From Acidimicrobiales bacterium (GTDB lineage: Bacteria; Actinomycetota; Acidimicrobiia; Acidimicrobiales; VFJN01), in NCBI GenBank assembly GCA_035304465.1, contig DATGPY010000211.1, positions 1 to 38,980 on the forward strand: a stretch of DNA of 38,980 nucleotides. The letters are read 5' to 3'. The translations under genes were made by a program, and so were the position numbers. The notes below the pieces were generated by a model. That model was not told the origin of the DNA. It saw only the letters and a list, made by a program, of their open reading frames with translations, and searched no databases. Shown here in pieces: positions 8,767 through 17,315 of this stretch. Position 1 is the stretch's first letter; each line of letters starts with the position of its first letter.

Positions 8767-8849
8767 CGGGACTCGCCCTCCGTGTCAGCGGGTCGCACCG
8801 GGGGCCGGCCCGGTGCGGGGTGCGGGATGCGGGGTGTCGAAGCGGTCCA

Positions 8850-10259
8850 TCAGTGGAGCCGGCGGCCGGTCAGGTCCTGCACGGTGTCGCCGAACAGCTC
8901 GGACAACGTCGGGTGCGGCTGGACGAACGCCGCCACCTCGTCGACGGTGGCCTCCCAGTTCACGGCCAGGTAGCCCTGGCCCAGCTGCTCGGTCACCCAG
9001 GGGCCGACCATGTGCACACCGAGGATCGTGCCGGCGCGACCGTCCGGCGTCCGCTCGGCGATCACCTTCACCAGGCCCTCCTGGTCGCCGATGATCTTGG
9101 CCCGGCTGTTGGCGCTGAAGCGGTGCTTGGCCACCACGACGTCGTACCCGGCCTCCTTCGCCGACTCCTCGCTGTGGCCGGCGAAGGCGACCTCCGGGCG
9201 GCAGTAGATGCCCCACGGCACCTTGCCGTAGTCGATCGGCTGCGGGTCCTCGCCGAGGATGCCGCGGACGGCCACCATGCCCTCGGCGAACCCGACGTGG
9301 GCGAGGGCAGGGGTGTTGATGCAGTCACCGACCGCCCACACGCCCTCCTCGGCCGTGCGGCAGGTCTCGTCGACGACGATGAAGCCCCGGTCGTCGACCT
9401 CGACCGCGGTGCCGTCCAGGCCCAGGTCGTCGGTGGCGGGCTTGCGGCCGACGGACACGACGACGACCTCGGCCTTGACCGGGTCGCCCTCCTCCAGGTG
9501 GACGACCGTGCCGCCGTCGCCCGGCTCGTGGCCGGTGACCTTGACGCCGGTGCGGACGTCGATGCCCCGCTTCTTGAAGGAGCGCTCCACGACCTGGGAG
9601 GCGTCCTTGTCGACGCCGGGCAGGATCTTGGGCAGGGCCTCGAGGATCGTCACCTGGGTGCCGAGGTCGCTCATCATCGAGGCGAACTCGCAGCCGATGG
9701 CGCCGCCGCCGATGACGACCGCCGAGCCCGGCACCTCGGGCATCGACAGGACCTCGTCGGAGGTCATGACGATGCGCCCGTCGACGTCGAAGCCCGGGAT
9801 GGTCCGGGTCTCCGAGCCCGCGGCGATGATGACCGCGTCGGCGGTGAGGGTGACCTGCTCGCCGCCGTCGTTGGGATCGACGGTCACGGTGCGCCCGGCG
9901 TGCAGCCGGCCGTAGCCGTCGTAGACGGTGACCTTGCGGCCCTTCAGCAGCATGCCGACGCCGGCGACGAGCTCGTCGACGACGGCCTGCTTGCGGGCCT
10001 GCGTGGCGGCCCAGTCGATCTCGGGCCGGCCGGCGCGGACGCCGAAGTCGCCGGCCGAGGCCACGGTGCGGAAGACGTGCGCGGTCTCGAGCAGCTCCTT
10101 TGCGGGGATGCACCCCACGTTGAGGCAGGTGCCGCCGAGCCAGCGCTTCTCGACGAGTGCGATGTTGAGCCCGGCGCTGGCGCCGTAGAGGGCCGACGCG
10201 TAGCCGCCGGGGCCGCCGCCGATGACGACGACGTCGTAGTGCTCGGCCGTGGGGACCAC
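8850..10259 (-). CDS. lpdA: dihydrolipoyl dehydrogenase (E3)
   Basis: GTG at 10259 is preceded by a GGAG. YDVVVIGGGPGGY is the FAD-binding motif and GGTCLNVGCIPAK the redox-active disulfide. An NAD-binding VVIGGGAIGCEF motif and a C-terminal dimerisation domain (HPTLSE) are also present. Confidence 0.95.
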   Translation of the reverse strand: MVPTAEHYDVVVIGGGPGGYASALYGASAGLNIALVEKRWLGGTCLNVGCIPAKELLETAHVFRTVASAGDFGVRAGRPEIDWAATQARKQAVVDELVAGVGMLLKGRKVTVYDGYGRLHAGRTVTVDPNDGGEQVTLTADAVIIAAGSETRTIPGFDVDGRIVMTSDEVLSMPEVPGSAVVIGGGAIGCEFASMMSDLGTQVTILEALPKILPGVDKDASQVVERSFKKRGIDVRTGVKVTGHEPGDGGTVVHLEEGDPVKAEVVVVSVGRKPATDDLGLDGTAVEVDDRGFIVVDETCRTAEEGVWAVGDCINTPALAHVGFAEGMVAVRGILGEDPQPIDYGKVPWGIYCRPEVAFAGHSEESAKEAGYDVVVAKHRFSANSRAKIIGDQEGLVKVIAERTPDGRAGTILGVHMVGPWVTEQLGQGYLAVNWEATVDEVAAFVQPHPTLSELFGDTVQDLTGRRLH

Positions 10260-10351
10260 CTCCAGGGAGAGTCGGGCGGGCCGGTGTCGGTGCCGACTCT
10301 ACCGGCCGTGGCCCGGCACCGTCGGAGGGTGCGGCCCCGTTCGCGGCGGCG

Positions 10352-10441
10352 TCAGCGGGCCAGCACGAGCTGCACGCTGAAGGCCACGAGGATGGCCAGG
10401 CCACACAGGAGGGCGGCGACGATCAGGCGGCGCGTGCTCAT
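10352..10441 (-). CDS. possible 29-aa single-TM micropeptide (speculative)
   Basis: ATG at 10441 to TGA at 10352 gives MSTRRLIVAALLCGLAILVAFSVQLVLAR. This is a clean hydrophobic helix located upstream of lpdA. No Shine-Dalgarno is visible, so coding status is uncertain. Confidence 0.2.
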   Translation of the reverse strand: MSTRRLIVAALLCGLAILVAFSVQLVLAR

Positions 10442-10541
10442 AGGAGGGGGCCAGGCTACCGACCCCGGCGCGCCGCCCCCGAGCCGGGCGGCCGGCCCTC
10501 GGACCCCCGGGCCGTCGGGCCGGGCTACGGTGCGCGGGCGC

Positions 10542-11990
10542 ATGACCGATCTCGCGTCGTACCGACGCCGGTTGCAGAGCCGGCTGGCCGAGCTCGCCGC
10601 CGAGCTGCGGGTGCCGGGCGCCGCCTGCGGCGTGCTCGAGGGCGGGGAGACGGTGGTCGCGACGACCGGGGTGGCCAACGTGGCGACCCGCGCACCGGTC
10701 ACCCCCGACACGCTGTTCCAGATCGGGTCGATCACCAAGCTCTACACGACGACGCTCGTGATGCAGGCGGTCGCGGCCGGGGTCGTCTCGCTCGACGACT
10801 CGGTGCGGTCCCAGCTCCAGGAGTTCACCGTGGCCGACCCCGCGGCCACCATCGAGATCACGCCCCGCCACCTGTTGGCCCACTCGAGCGGCCTGGAGGG
10901 CGACCACCTCGTCGACACCGGCTGGAACGACGACGCCCTCGCCGCCTACGTCTCGACGCTCGCGGGCCTGGGGCAGATCCACCCGACCGCCGCGGCCTAC
11001 AGCTTCTGCAACACCGGCTACGGCGTCCTCGGCCGGCTGCTCGAGGTGGCCACCGGCGAGCACTTCGACCGGGTGCTGCGCCGCCGGCTGACCCGGCCGC
11101 TGGGGTGCCGGGCGACCGTGACGCTGCCCCAGCACGCGCTGCTCCACGCCGTCGCGGTCGGCCACGAGCAGGAGCCGGGCGGCGAGCCGGTCCGCCAGCC
11201 CCGGTGGGCGCTGACCCGCTCGAACGGCCCGATGGGCGGGGTGCTGGCACCGCCGGGCGAGCTGCTGGCCTTCGCCCGCATGCACCTGGAGGGCGGCGCG
11301 GGGCCGGACGGCACCGTGCTGCTGGCGCCCGAGGCCGTCGAGGAGATGCGGCAGCCGCAGATCGCCTCGCCCATCCCCAACGAGGCCCAGGCGCTGGGCT
11401 GGACCGTGCGGCACTGGGGCGACCTGACCTGCCTCGGCCAGGACGCGGACACCTTCGGCCAGCGGGCGGTGCTGCGGGTCGTGCCCGAGCGCGACTTCGC
11501 CGTGTGCGTGCTGACCAACAGCCCGGCGGGCGCCGTGCTGGCGCAGGCCATGCTCGAGCTGGTCGCGGCCGATCGCCTGGAGGTGGCGCTGAACCCGACC
11601 GACCCGGTCGCGGGCGGCCGGCGCGACCTCGTGGCCGTGGCCGGCGGGGCCCGGACCGGCGCCCCGAGCCCCGCGACGCCGGCCGTCGACCCGAGCGCGC
11701 TCGCCCGGTGGGCCGGCACCTACGAGCGGCTGCACCACCGGGTGGTGGTCCGCCCGGGCGGGCACGGCCTGGAGCTCGCCACCGAGCCGTCGGGGGTCCT
11801 GCGGGCCCTCGGGGTCCGGGACGCCGTGCTGTCCGTGCAACCGGTGGGCGCCGGGGACGACGGGTCCCTCGTCGTCGCCGGGCGCGACCCGGCGACAGGG
11901 CTGCGCGAGGTCGCCGTCCTCGTGCCGGGCGACGCCGGCGGGGCCCCGGGCCTGTACCTGGCCGGCCGCCTCCACCGCCGCCGGAGCTGA
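10542..11990 (+). CDS. serine hydrolase, beta-lactamase / penicillin-binding (class C / S12-like) family
   Basis: An in-frame ATG at 10542 gives MTDLASYRRRLQ. The SxxK motif appears in FQIGSITKLYT, with YSFCNTGY as the Y-x-N-like region. An extra C-terminal domain of about 110 aa follows. The upstream 570 codons of track ORF 8820..11990 are antisense to lpdA. Confidence 0.9.
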   Translation: MTDLASYRRRLQSRLAELAAELRVPGAACGVLEGGETVVATTGVANVATRAPVTPDTLFQIGSITKLYTTTLVMQAVAAGVVSLDDSVRSQLQEFTVADPAATIEITPRHLLAHSSGLEGDHLVDTGWNDDALAAYVSTLAGLGQIHPTAAAYSFCNTGYGVLGRLLEVATGEHFDRVLRRRLTRPLGCRATVTLPQHALLHAVAVGHEQEPGGEPVRQPRWALTRSNGPMGGVLAPPGELLAFARMHLEGGAGPDGTVLLAPEAVEEMRQPQIASPIPNEAQALGWTVRHWGDLTCLGQDADTFGQRAVLRVVPERDFAVCVLTNSPAGAVLAQAMLELVAADRLEVALNPTDPVAGGRRDLVAVAGGARTGAPSPATPAVDPSALARWAGTYERLHHRVVVRPGGHGLELATEPSGVLRALGVRDAVLSVQPVGAGDDGSLVVAGRDPATGLREVAVLVPGDAGGAPGLYLAGRLHRRRS

Positions 11991-12015
11991 GCCGCCTCCC
12001 GGCCGCCGGCGGCGG

Positions 12016-12687
12016 TCAGTCGCCGGTGAGGATGGCGCGCACCCCGTCGATGCTCTCGGCGGTGACGAGCACGAGCACCTCGTCGCCCACCTGCAGCGAG
12101 GTGTCGCCGCGGGGGACGACCACCCGGTCGCCGCGCAGCACGGCCACGACGGTCGAGTCGCGGGGGAAGCCGAGCTCGACGATCTCGCGCCCGGCCGCCG
12201 GGCTGTCCTGGGCGAGGGTGACCTCGATGAGCGTCGCCCGCCCACCCTCGAACGACAGCAGGCGCACGAGCGTGCCGACGCTGACCGCCTCCTCGACGAG
12301 GGCGGTGAGCAGGTGGGGCGTGGACACCGCGACGTCGACGCCCCACCCCTCGCCGAACAGCCACTCGTTCTTCGGGTTGTTGACCCGGGCGACGACGCGG
12401 GGCACGGCGAACTCCTGCTTGGCGAGCAGGCTGATGACGAGGTTGTCCTCGTCGTCGCCGGTCACCGCGGCGACGACGTCGACGTCGGCCAGCCCGATTG
12501 CCCGGAGCCGGTCGACCTCGCAGGCGTCGGCCTCGTGCCAGGTGACCCCGGGCGGCTCGCCGGCGTCCCGCATGCGGGCGACGCGGCCCGGGTCCTGCTC
12601 GATCACGAGCACCTCGTGACCCGCCCGCCGCAGCTCGCCGGCGATGAACGTGCCGACCGCCCCGCCGCCGGCGACGGCGACCTTCAT
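12016..12687 (-). CDS. trkA: TrkA-type K+ transport NAD-binding regulatory subunit
   Basis: MKVAVAGGGAVGTFIAGELRRAGHEVLVIEQD is a Rossmann TrkA_N fold, followed by a C-terminal TrkA_C (RCK_C) domain. An ATGA overlap links it to the upstream paralogue. Confidence 0.9.
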   Translation of the reverse strand: MKVAVAGGGAVGTFIAGELRRAGHEVLVIEQDPGRVARMRDAGEPPGVTWHEADACEVDRLRAIGLADVDVVAAVTGDDEDNLVISLLAKQEFAVPRVVARVNNPKNEWLFGEGWGVDVAVSTPHLLTALVEEAVSVGTLVRLLSFEGGRATLIEVTLAQDSPAAGREIVELGFPRDSTVVAVLRGDRVVVPRGDTSLQVGDEVLVLVTAESIDGVRAILTGD

Positions 12688-13334
12688 CGCAGGCCCAGGC
12701 GGCCGTCGACCTCGTCGACGCGGCCGCGGTCGACGGCCAGGTGGAGGACGTCGCCGTCCTGGACCACCAGCCCGGGGTCCGCGACCCGGGCCACCCCCGC
12801 CCGGCTCACCGCCACCACCCGGGCGACGCCGGGCAGCTCGAGCTCGGCCAGCGGCGACCCGGCCCGGTGGGCGGGCACCGGCCTCTCGACGACCGCCACC
12901 CGGGCGCTGGGGTCGACCCAGTCGTCGCCGGCGGCGTCGGGCAGCAGCCTCCGGAGCACCCGGTCGATCGCCCACTGGACGGTGGCGATGGTCGGGATGC
13001 CGAGCCGCTCGTAGATCGCCGCCCGGCGCGGGTCGTAGATCCGGGCGACCACGCGCTCGACGCCGAAGGTCTCGCGGGCCACCCGGGCGGTCACGATGTT
13101 GGAGTTGTCGCCGCTCGTGACCGCGGCGACGGCCGCCGCCTCGCGCACGCCGGCGGCCTCGAGGCGGTCGCGGTCGAAGCCCACGCCGACGACCGTGCGC
13201 CCGCGGAAGCCGGGGTCGAGGCGGCGGAAGGCCGTCGGGTCCTTGTCGACCACGGCGACCGAGTGGCCCCGTGCCTCGACGATGCCGGCGAGGCCGGACC
13301 CGACGCGGCCGCAGCCGACGATGACGACGTGCAC
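12684..13334 (-). CDS. trkA: TrkA-type K+ transport NAD-binding regulatory subunit (second paralogue)
   Basis: GTG at 13334 gives VHVVIVGCGRVGSGLAGIVEARGHSVAVVDKD, with TrkA_N plus TrkA_C domains. The tandem pair resembles the mycobacterial CeoB/CeoC arrangement. Confidence 0.9.
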   Translation of the reverse strand: MHVVIVGCGRVGSGLAGIVEARGHSVAVVDKDPTAFRRLDPGFRGRTVVGVGFDRDRLEAAGVREAAAVAAVTSGDNSNIVTARVARETFGVERVVARIYDPRRAAIYERLGIPTIATVQWAIDRVLRRLLPDAAGDDWVDPSARVAVVERPVPAHRAGSPLAELELPGVARVVAVSRAGVARVADPGLVVQDGDVLHLAVDRGRVDEVDGRLGLR

Positions 13335-13410
13335 CGCCGCGCACGCTACCCCGCGACCCGAGCCGGGGGTGTGGCGCGCGCCACGCGCACAGGTTGACCG
13401 GCCGCCCGAT

Positions 13411-13425
13411 GTAAGGCAGTCTTAC
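13411..13425. promoter_or_regulatory. palindrome GTAAG-GCAGT-CTTAC upstream of bfd-bfr (candidate metalloregulator operator)
   Basis: This inverted repeat lies in the trkA / bfd divergent intergenic region, about 75-90 nt upstream of the bfd start. A TTGACC -35-like hexamer is at 13394-13399. It only loosely resembles the IdeR/DtxR box. Confidence 0.3.
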
Positions 13426-13499
13426 CGAGGCATGGCTGGCACCGTTCTCGGCACGCTCGTAGAAGCTGCGCCACCCCGTGGCACCAGGTGGGACCTCCC

Positions 13500-13688
13500 G
13501 TGATCGTCTGCCACTGCAGGCGGGTGAACGACCGGGCCGTCCGGGCGGCCGTCGAGGCGGGTGCCCTCGACGTCGAGGACGTCGGCGCTCACTGTGGGGC
13601 GGGCACCCGGTGCGGATCGTGCCGACCTACCATCGGGGTGCTCCTCGCCACCCTCGGGGAGCGCCAGCCCGTCGACACCGCGGCCTGA
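13500..13688 (+). CDS. bfd: bacterioferritin-associated ferredoxin (BFD-like [2Fe-2S] protein)
   Basis: VIVCHCRRVNDRAVR...HCGAGTRCGSCRP carries the C-x-C ... C-x2-C cluster ligands. An alternative GTG start lies at 13488. The gene sits immediately upstream of bfr. Confidence 0.85.
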   Translation: MIVCHCRRVNDRAVRAAVEAGALDVEDVGAHCGAGTRCGSCRPTIGVLLATLGERQPVDTAA

Positions 13689-13737
13689 CCGTCGGGGCCC
13701 TTGCCCCGGGACGGCCACCGCTGCCGGAGGTACCGCC

Positions 13738-14217
13738 ATGCCCCAGGGTCGCCCCGAGATCATCGAGCTGCTGAACGACGTCCTCACGGCCGAGCTGACA
13801 GCGATCAACCAGTACTTCGGCCACTACCGGATCCTGGACAACTGGGGCTTCGACCGCCTCGCGGCGCGTGCCCGCGAGGAGTCGATCGACGAGATGAAGC
13901 ACGCCGACGAGGTCATCGACCGCGTCCTCTACCTCGAGGGGCACCCGAACCTGCAGCGCCTGGGCCCTGTCCGCCTCGGCGAGGACCCGGTCGAGACGCT
14001 CCGGCTCGACCTCGAGCTGGAGCACGAGGCCGTCGACCGGCTGAACCGCGGGATCGCGCTGGCCGTCGAGGTGGGCGACCACGGCACCCGGGAGCTGCTC
14101 GCCGGCATCCTCACCGACGAGGAGGAGCACGTCGACTGGCTCGAGACCCAGCTCGACCTCGTGGAGCGGCTCGGCGCGAACGCCTACCTGGCCGAGCAGC
14201 TCCACGACGACGACTGA
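13738..14217 (+). CDS. bfr: bacterioferritin
   Basis: ATG at 13738 follows a GGAGG. IIELLNDVLTAELTAINQYFGHYR, EESIDEMKHAD (haem Met and ferroxidase ligands) and EEEHVDWLETQL are present. The length of 159 aa fits the family. Confidence 0.95.
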   Translation: MPQGRPEIIELLNDVLTAELTAINQYFGHYRILDNWGFDRLAARAREESIDEMKHADEVIDRVLYLEGHPNLQRLGPVRLGEDPVETLRLDLELEHEAVDRLNRGIALAVEVGDHGTRELLAGILTDEEEHVDWLETQLDLVERLGANAYLAEQLHDDD

Positions 14218-14236
14218 CCTCGCCGGGAGGGCCGGA

Positions 14237-14671
14237 TCAGATCTGCGGCGAGCGGGCCGGCGGCACGTCGCCGGTCCCGCCCGCCTGGGCGCGCAGCAGG
14301 TCGCGGATCTCGGCGAGGAGGACGGCCTCGTCGGACAGCGTCGCCTCGTCCACCGGCTCGGCGCCCCGCCGGCGACGCTCCTGCAGGATGTTGATCGGCT
14401 TGACCACGAAGAGGAACACGACGGCCGACACCAGCAGGAAGTAGATGACGGCGTTGATGACGATGCCGTAGCTGAACGTGCTGTCGTTGACCGTGAAGGT
14501 CATCTGCCGGAAGTCGGTCCCCCCGATCATGCCGACGAGCGGCGTGATGAGGCCCTCGACGACGGCGGTGACGACGGCGGTGAACGCCGCGCCGATGACG
14601 ACCGCGACCGCCAGGTCGACCACGTTGCCGCGGGCGATGAACTCCCGGAACTCCTTGAACAGTGCCGCCAC
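14237..14671 (-). CDS. mscL: large-conductance mechanosensitive channel
   Basis: GTG at 14671 is preceded by AAGGGGGA. VAALFKEFREFIARGNVVDLAVAVVIGAAFTAVV is the MscL TM1 signature. A second TM and a charged C-terminal helix follow. Confidence 0.9.
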   Translation of the reverse strand: MAALFKEFREFIARGNVVDLAVAVVIGAAFTAVVTAVVEGLITPLVGMIGGTDFRQMTFTVNDSTFSYGIVINAVIYFLLVSAVVFLFVVKPINILQERRRRGAEPVDEATLSDEAVLLAEIRDLLRAQAGGTGDVPPARSPQI

Positions 14672-14758
14672 GGCGACGTCCCCCTTGGTTGCATACCGTG
14701 CTGGACCACCCGCGGCGCGTACGGTACCGAAGCGCATCGGGCTCAGGAAGGACGTGCA

Positions 14759-15664
14759 GTGCAGGTAGCGATCACGGGCGCCAGCGGGTTCCTCGGCACC
14801 GCCATCGGGCGGGCCCTCGCCGCCGACGGGCACACCGTGCGACCCCTGGTGCGGCGGCCGACCGACGACCCCGCCGAGATCCGCTGGGACCCGGCAGCCG
14901 GTCACCTCGACCCCGACGACCTGGCCGGGATCGACGCCGTCGTCCACCTCGCGGGCGCGGGCATCGGCGACAAGCGTTGGACGGCCCGCCGCAAGCGGGA
15001 GATCCTCGGGAGCCGGACGACCGGCACCGCGCTGGTGGCCCGCACGCTGGCGGCCATGCCCGATCCGCCCCGGGTGCTGCTGTGCGCGTCGGGCATCGGC
15101 TACTACGGCGACGGCGGCGACGCCGTGCTGACCGAGCAGAGCCCGCCTGGCGATGACTTCGTCGCCCGCGTGGTGGTCGCCTGGGAGGGCGCCGCCCGGC
15201 CCGCCGTCGAGGCCGGCGTGCGCACGGTCTTCCTGCGCACCGCTCCGGTGCTGGACGGGCGCGGTGGCCTGCTGCCCCGCATGGCGCTGCCGTTCCGCTT
15301 CTTCGTCGGCGGCCGGCTGGGCTCGGGGCGCCAGTGGATGAGCTGGGTGTCGCTCGAGGACGCGGTCCGGGCGTACCGCTTCGCGCTCGAGGCCGGCGAC
15401 CTCGCCGGGCCCGTCAACCTCACCGCGCCCGAGCCGGTCACGAACGCGGAGATGGCGGCGGCCATCGGCCGGGCCCTCCGCCGCCCGGCCGCGGTCCCGG
15501 TGCCGGCCGCGCTGCCCCGCCTGCTGCTCGGGCGGGAGATGGCCGACCTGCTGCTGTTCGTCAGCCAGCGGGCGCGGCCGGCCGTGCTGGAGGAGGCGGG
15601 CTTCACCTTCCACCACCGCGACGTCGACGCGGCCCTGGCGACCGCGTTCGGGGATCGCCGGTGA
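14759..15664 (+). CDS. TIGR01777/YfcH-like SDR39U1 epimerase-family protein (NAD-binding plus DUF1731)
   Basis: GTG at 14759 follows AGGAAGGA. VAITGASGFLGTAIGRAL is the Rossmann motif, and GSGRQWMSWVSLEDAV with a C-terminal FTFHH are typical of the family. Confidence 0.9.
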   Translation: MQVAITGASGFLGTAIGRALAADGHTVRPLVRRPTDDPAEIRWDPAAGHLDPDDLAGIDAVVHLAGAGIGDKRWTARRKREILGSRTTGTALVARTLAAMPDPPRVLLCASGIGYYGDGGDAVLTEQSPPGDDFVARVVVAWEGAARPAVEAGVRTVFLRTAPVLDGRGGLLPRMALPFRFFVGGRLGSGRQWMSWVSLEDAVRAYRFALEAGDLAGPVNLTAPEPVTNAEMAAAIGRALRRPAAVPVPAALPRLLLGREMADLLLFVSQRARPAVLEEAGFTFHHRDVDAALATAFGDRR

Positions 15665-16347
15665 CCGCCGCCGACCGCCGCGACCCGCCGGTGCCGGACG
15701 GCGGGTCCAGGTCCGACCCGGCACCGGAGGCCGCGCCGGCCGGGCGGCCCGGCGTCGCCGCCTTCGACTTCGACGGCACGCTCGCCCGGCGAGACACGCT
15801 CGTGCCGTTCCTCCGCCAGGTCCGGGGGACGGCGCGCGTCGCGCTCGCCGTCGCCCGGGCCGCGGCGCGCACCCGGGACCGGGACGAGCTGAAGGTCGCC
15901 GCCATCGGCCACCTGTTCCAGGGCGTGGCCGCCGCCGACCTCGAGCGGTGGGGGCGGAGCTACGCGCCCACCCTGCTCCCGCTGCTCCGCCCCGAGATGG
16001 TCGCCCGACTCCGCTGGCACCAGCGCGAGGGGCACGCGGTCGTCATCGTCTCGGCCTCGCTCGGCGCCTACCTGCGACCGCTGGCCGAACGGCTCGGGCT
16101 CGACGCCGCGCTGGCAGTCGAGCTGGCCGCCGACGCATCGGGCCTGCTCACCGGCGAGGTCGTCGGCGACCTCAACAACCGCGGCCCCGAGAAGGTCGCC
16201 CGCCTGCGGGCCTGGGTGCGGGACCGCTACGGCCCGGCGACCGACGTCGAGCTGTGGGCCTACGGGGACTCCGCCGGGGACGAGGCGCTGCTGGCCGCGG
16301 CCGACCACCCGCAGTGGGTCGGCCGGCGGGCCCGGGCGGCCCGCTAG
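15661..16347 (+). CDS. HAD-IB family hydrolase (SerB-like phosphatase superfamily)
   Basis: A GTGA overlap joins it to the preceding gene. AAFDFDGTLARRDT is HAD motif I (DxDGT), VIVSAS motif II and YGDSAGDEALL motif IV. Confidence 0.85.
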   Translation: MTAADRRDPPVPDGGSRSDPAPEAAPAGRPGVAAFDFDGTLARRDTLVPFLRQVRGTARVALAVARAAARTRDRDELKVAAIGHLFQGVAAADLERWGRSYAPTLLPLLRPEMVARLRWHQREGHAVVIVSASLGAYLRPLAERLGLDAALAVELAADASGLLTGEVVGDLNNRGPEKVARLRAWVRDRYGPATDVELWAYGDSAGDEALLAAADHPQWVGRRARAAR

Positions 16348-17186
16348 CCCGGCGCCCGGGCCGGCCGCGCCGGGCGGCGCGCCGTCCGTCGCGGTCGGTG
16401 GCCCAGGGCCAGGGCGACCGGCACGCCGCCGAGCCCGGCCATCCCGAGCACCACCCGCAGCACGGTCGACCACCCGGACCGGCCGCCGCCGGCGTCCGCG
16501 GGCCCGGTGGTGCCGGCCGGCTCGGCGCCCGCCGCTCCGGCACCCCCCTCACCGTCCCCGACGGGCTCACCGGTGATGCCGTGGGCCCGGGCGGCCTCCT
16601 CGAAGATCACCGGCGCGTCGGCGAGCGGCGCCGCCGCCGCGAGCGGCGCCAGCGGCGAGACGGCGGCTCCGCCGGCGCCGGTGCCGCTGGTCAGCGTCCC
16701 CGACCCCCCGGCTGCGGCCGCCCCGGCACCCGGACCGGGGACGGCCGGGGGTCCGGCTCCTCCACCCCCGCCGGCGGGGGTGGCGGTGCCCGGACCGGCG
16801 GCCCCGCCGCCGGCCTGCGGGCCGCGGGCCCGCTCGACCGTGATCGTCGTGGTGAGGAACAGGAGGCGACCGTCCGCGAGGCACAGCCCGGACACGGCGT
16901 GGCGCCCGGGGCGGAGCGCGCGCGGCACCGTGGCCGAGGCCCGGGCGGCGCCGTCGGGGCCGACCGTGGGTGCGGCCACGAGCCACAGGTCGATGCCGAG
17001 CAGCGCGACGGTGCCCGGCGTGCACGTCCGCATCGCCACCGTGATCGCCTGGCCGGGCGCGGGCGTCGGGTCGTCGACGGTGATCGACCGCACCGGCGGC
17101 GGGTAGGCCTGGGCGCCCGCCGGCGCGGCCGCCACGATGGCGGCGGCCAGCGCCGCGGCCGCGACGGCCGGCAGTCGCTTGCGCAT
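16344..17186 (-). CDS. secreted, C-terminally membrane-anchored Gly/Ala/Pro-rich surface protein (hypothetical)
   Basis: ATG at 17186 follows AAGGGGGA. The signal peptide is MRKRLPAVAAAALAAAIVAAAPAGAQA. A two-Cys beta-rich domain of about 100 aa follows, then a long G/A/P low-complexity tract. The C-terminal TM VLRVVLGMAGLGGVPVALALG is followed by a basic tail HRPRRTARR. No LPXTG/LAXTG motif is present. Confidence 0.75.
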   Translation of the reverse strand: MRKRLPAVAAAALAAAIVAAAPAGAQAYPPPVRSITVDDPTPAPGQAITVAMRTCTPGTVALLGIDLWLVAAPTVGPDGAARASATVPRALRPGRHAVSGLCLADGRLLFLTTTITVERARGPQAGGGAAGPGTATPAGGGGGAGPPAVPGPGAGAAAAGGSGTLTSGTGAGGAAVSPLAPLAAAAPLADAPVIFEEAARAHGITGEPVGDGEGGAGAAGAEPAGTTGPADAGGGRSGWSTVLRVVLGMAGLGGVPVALALGHRPRRTARRPARPARAPG

Positions 17187-17315
17187 GCGTTCCCCCTTGG
17201 CGCCGCTCCCCCGGTCGGCGCCGTGCCCTCACGAGTGGCCAGGGTCTACCACAGCCGTGGATGTTGACGCCGGGTCAACAGCGGCCCGGGCACCCGCCGG
17301 GCGCGTCGACAGCCG

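Noticed and set aside
13405-13430. Canonical IdeR/DtxR iron box upstream of bfd
   Set aside because: The palindrome GTAAGGCAGTCTTAC shares only a few positions with TTAGGTTAGGCTAACCTAA. It is kept as a generic operator candidate, not called as an IdeR box.
13335-13499. Possible c-di-AMP (ydaO-type) riboswitch or other leader RNA upstream of the trkA pair
   Set aside because: The 5' region is short, and I could not find the conserved ydaO-like sequence blocks by eye. Only palindromes are present. A covariance-model scan (Infernal/Rfam) would be needed to revisit this.
16344-16560. Sortase (LPXTG/LAXTG) sorting signal in the Gly-rich surface protein
   Set aside because: A C-terminal TM plus basic tail is present, but no LPXTG/LAXTG-like pentapeptide precedes it; the nearest string is PAGTTG. 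The protein is called membrane-anchored instead.
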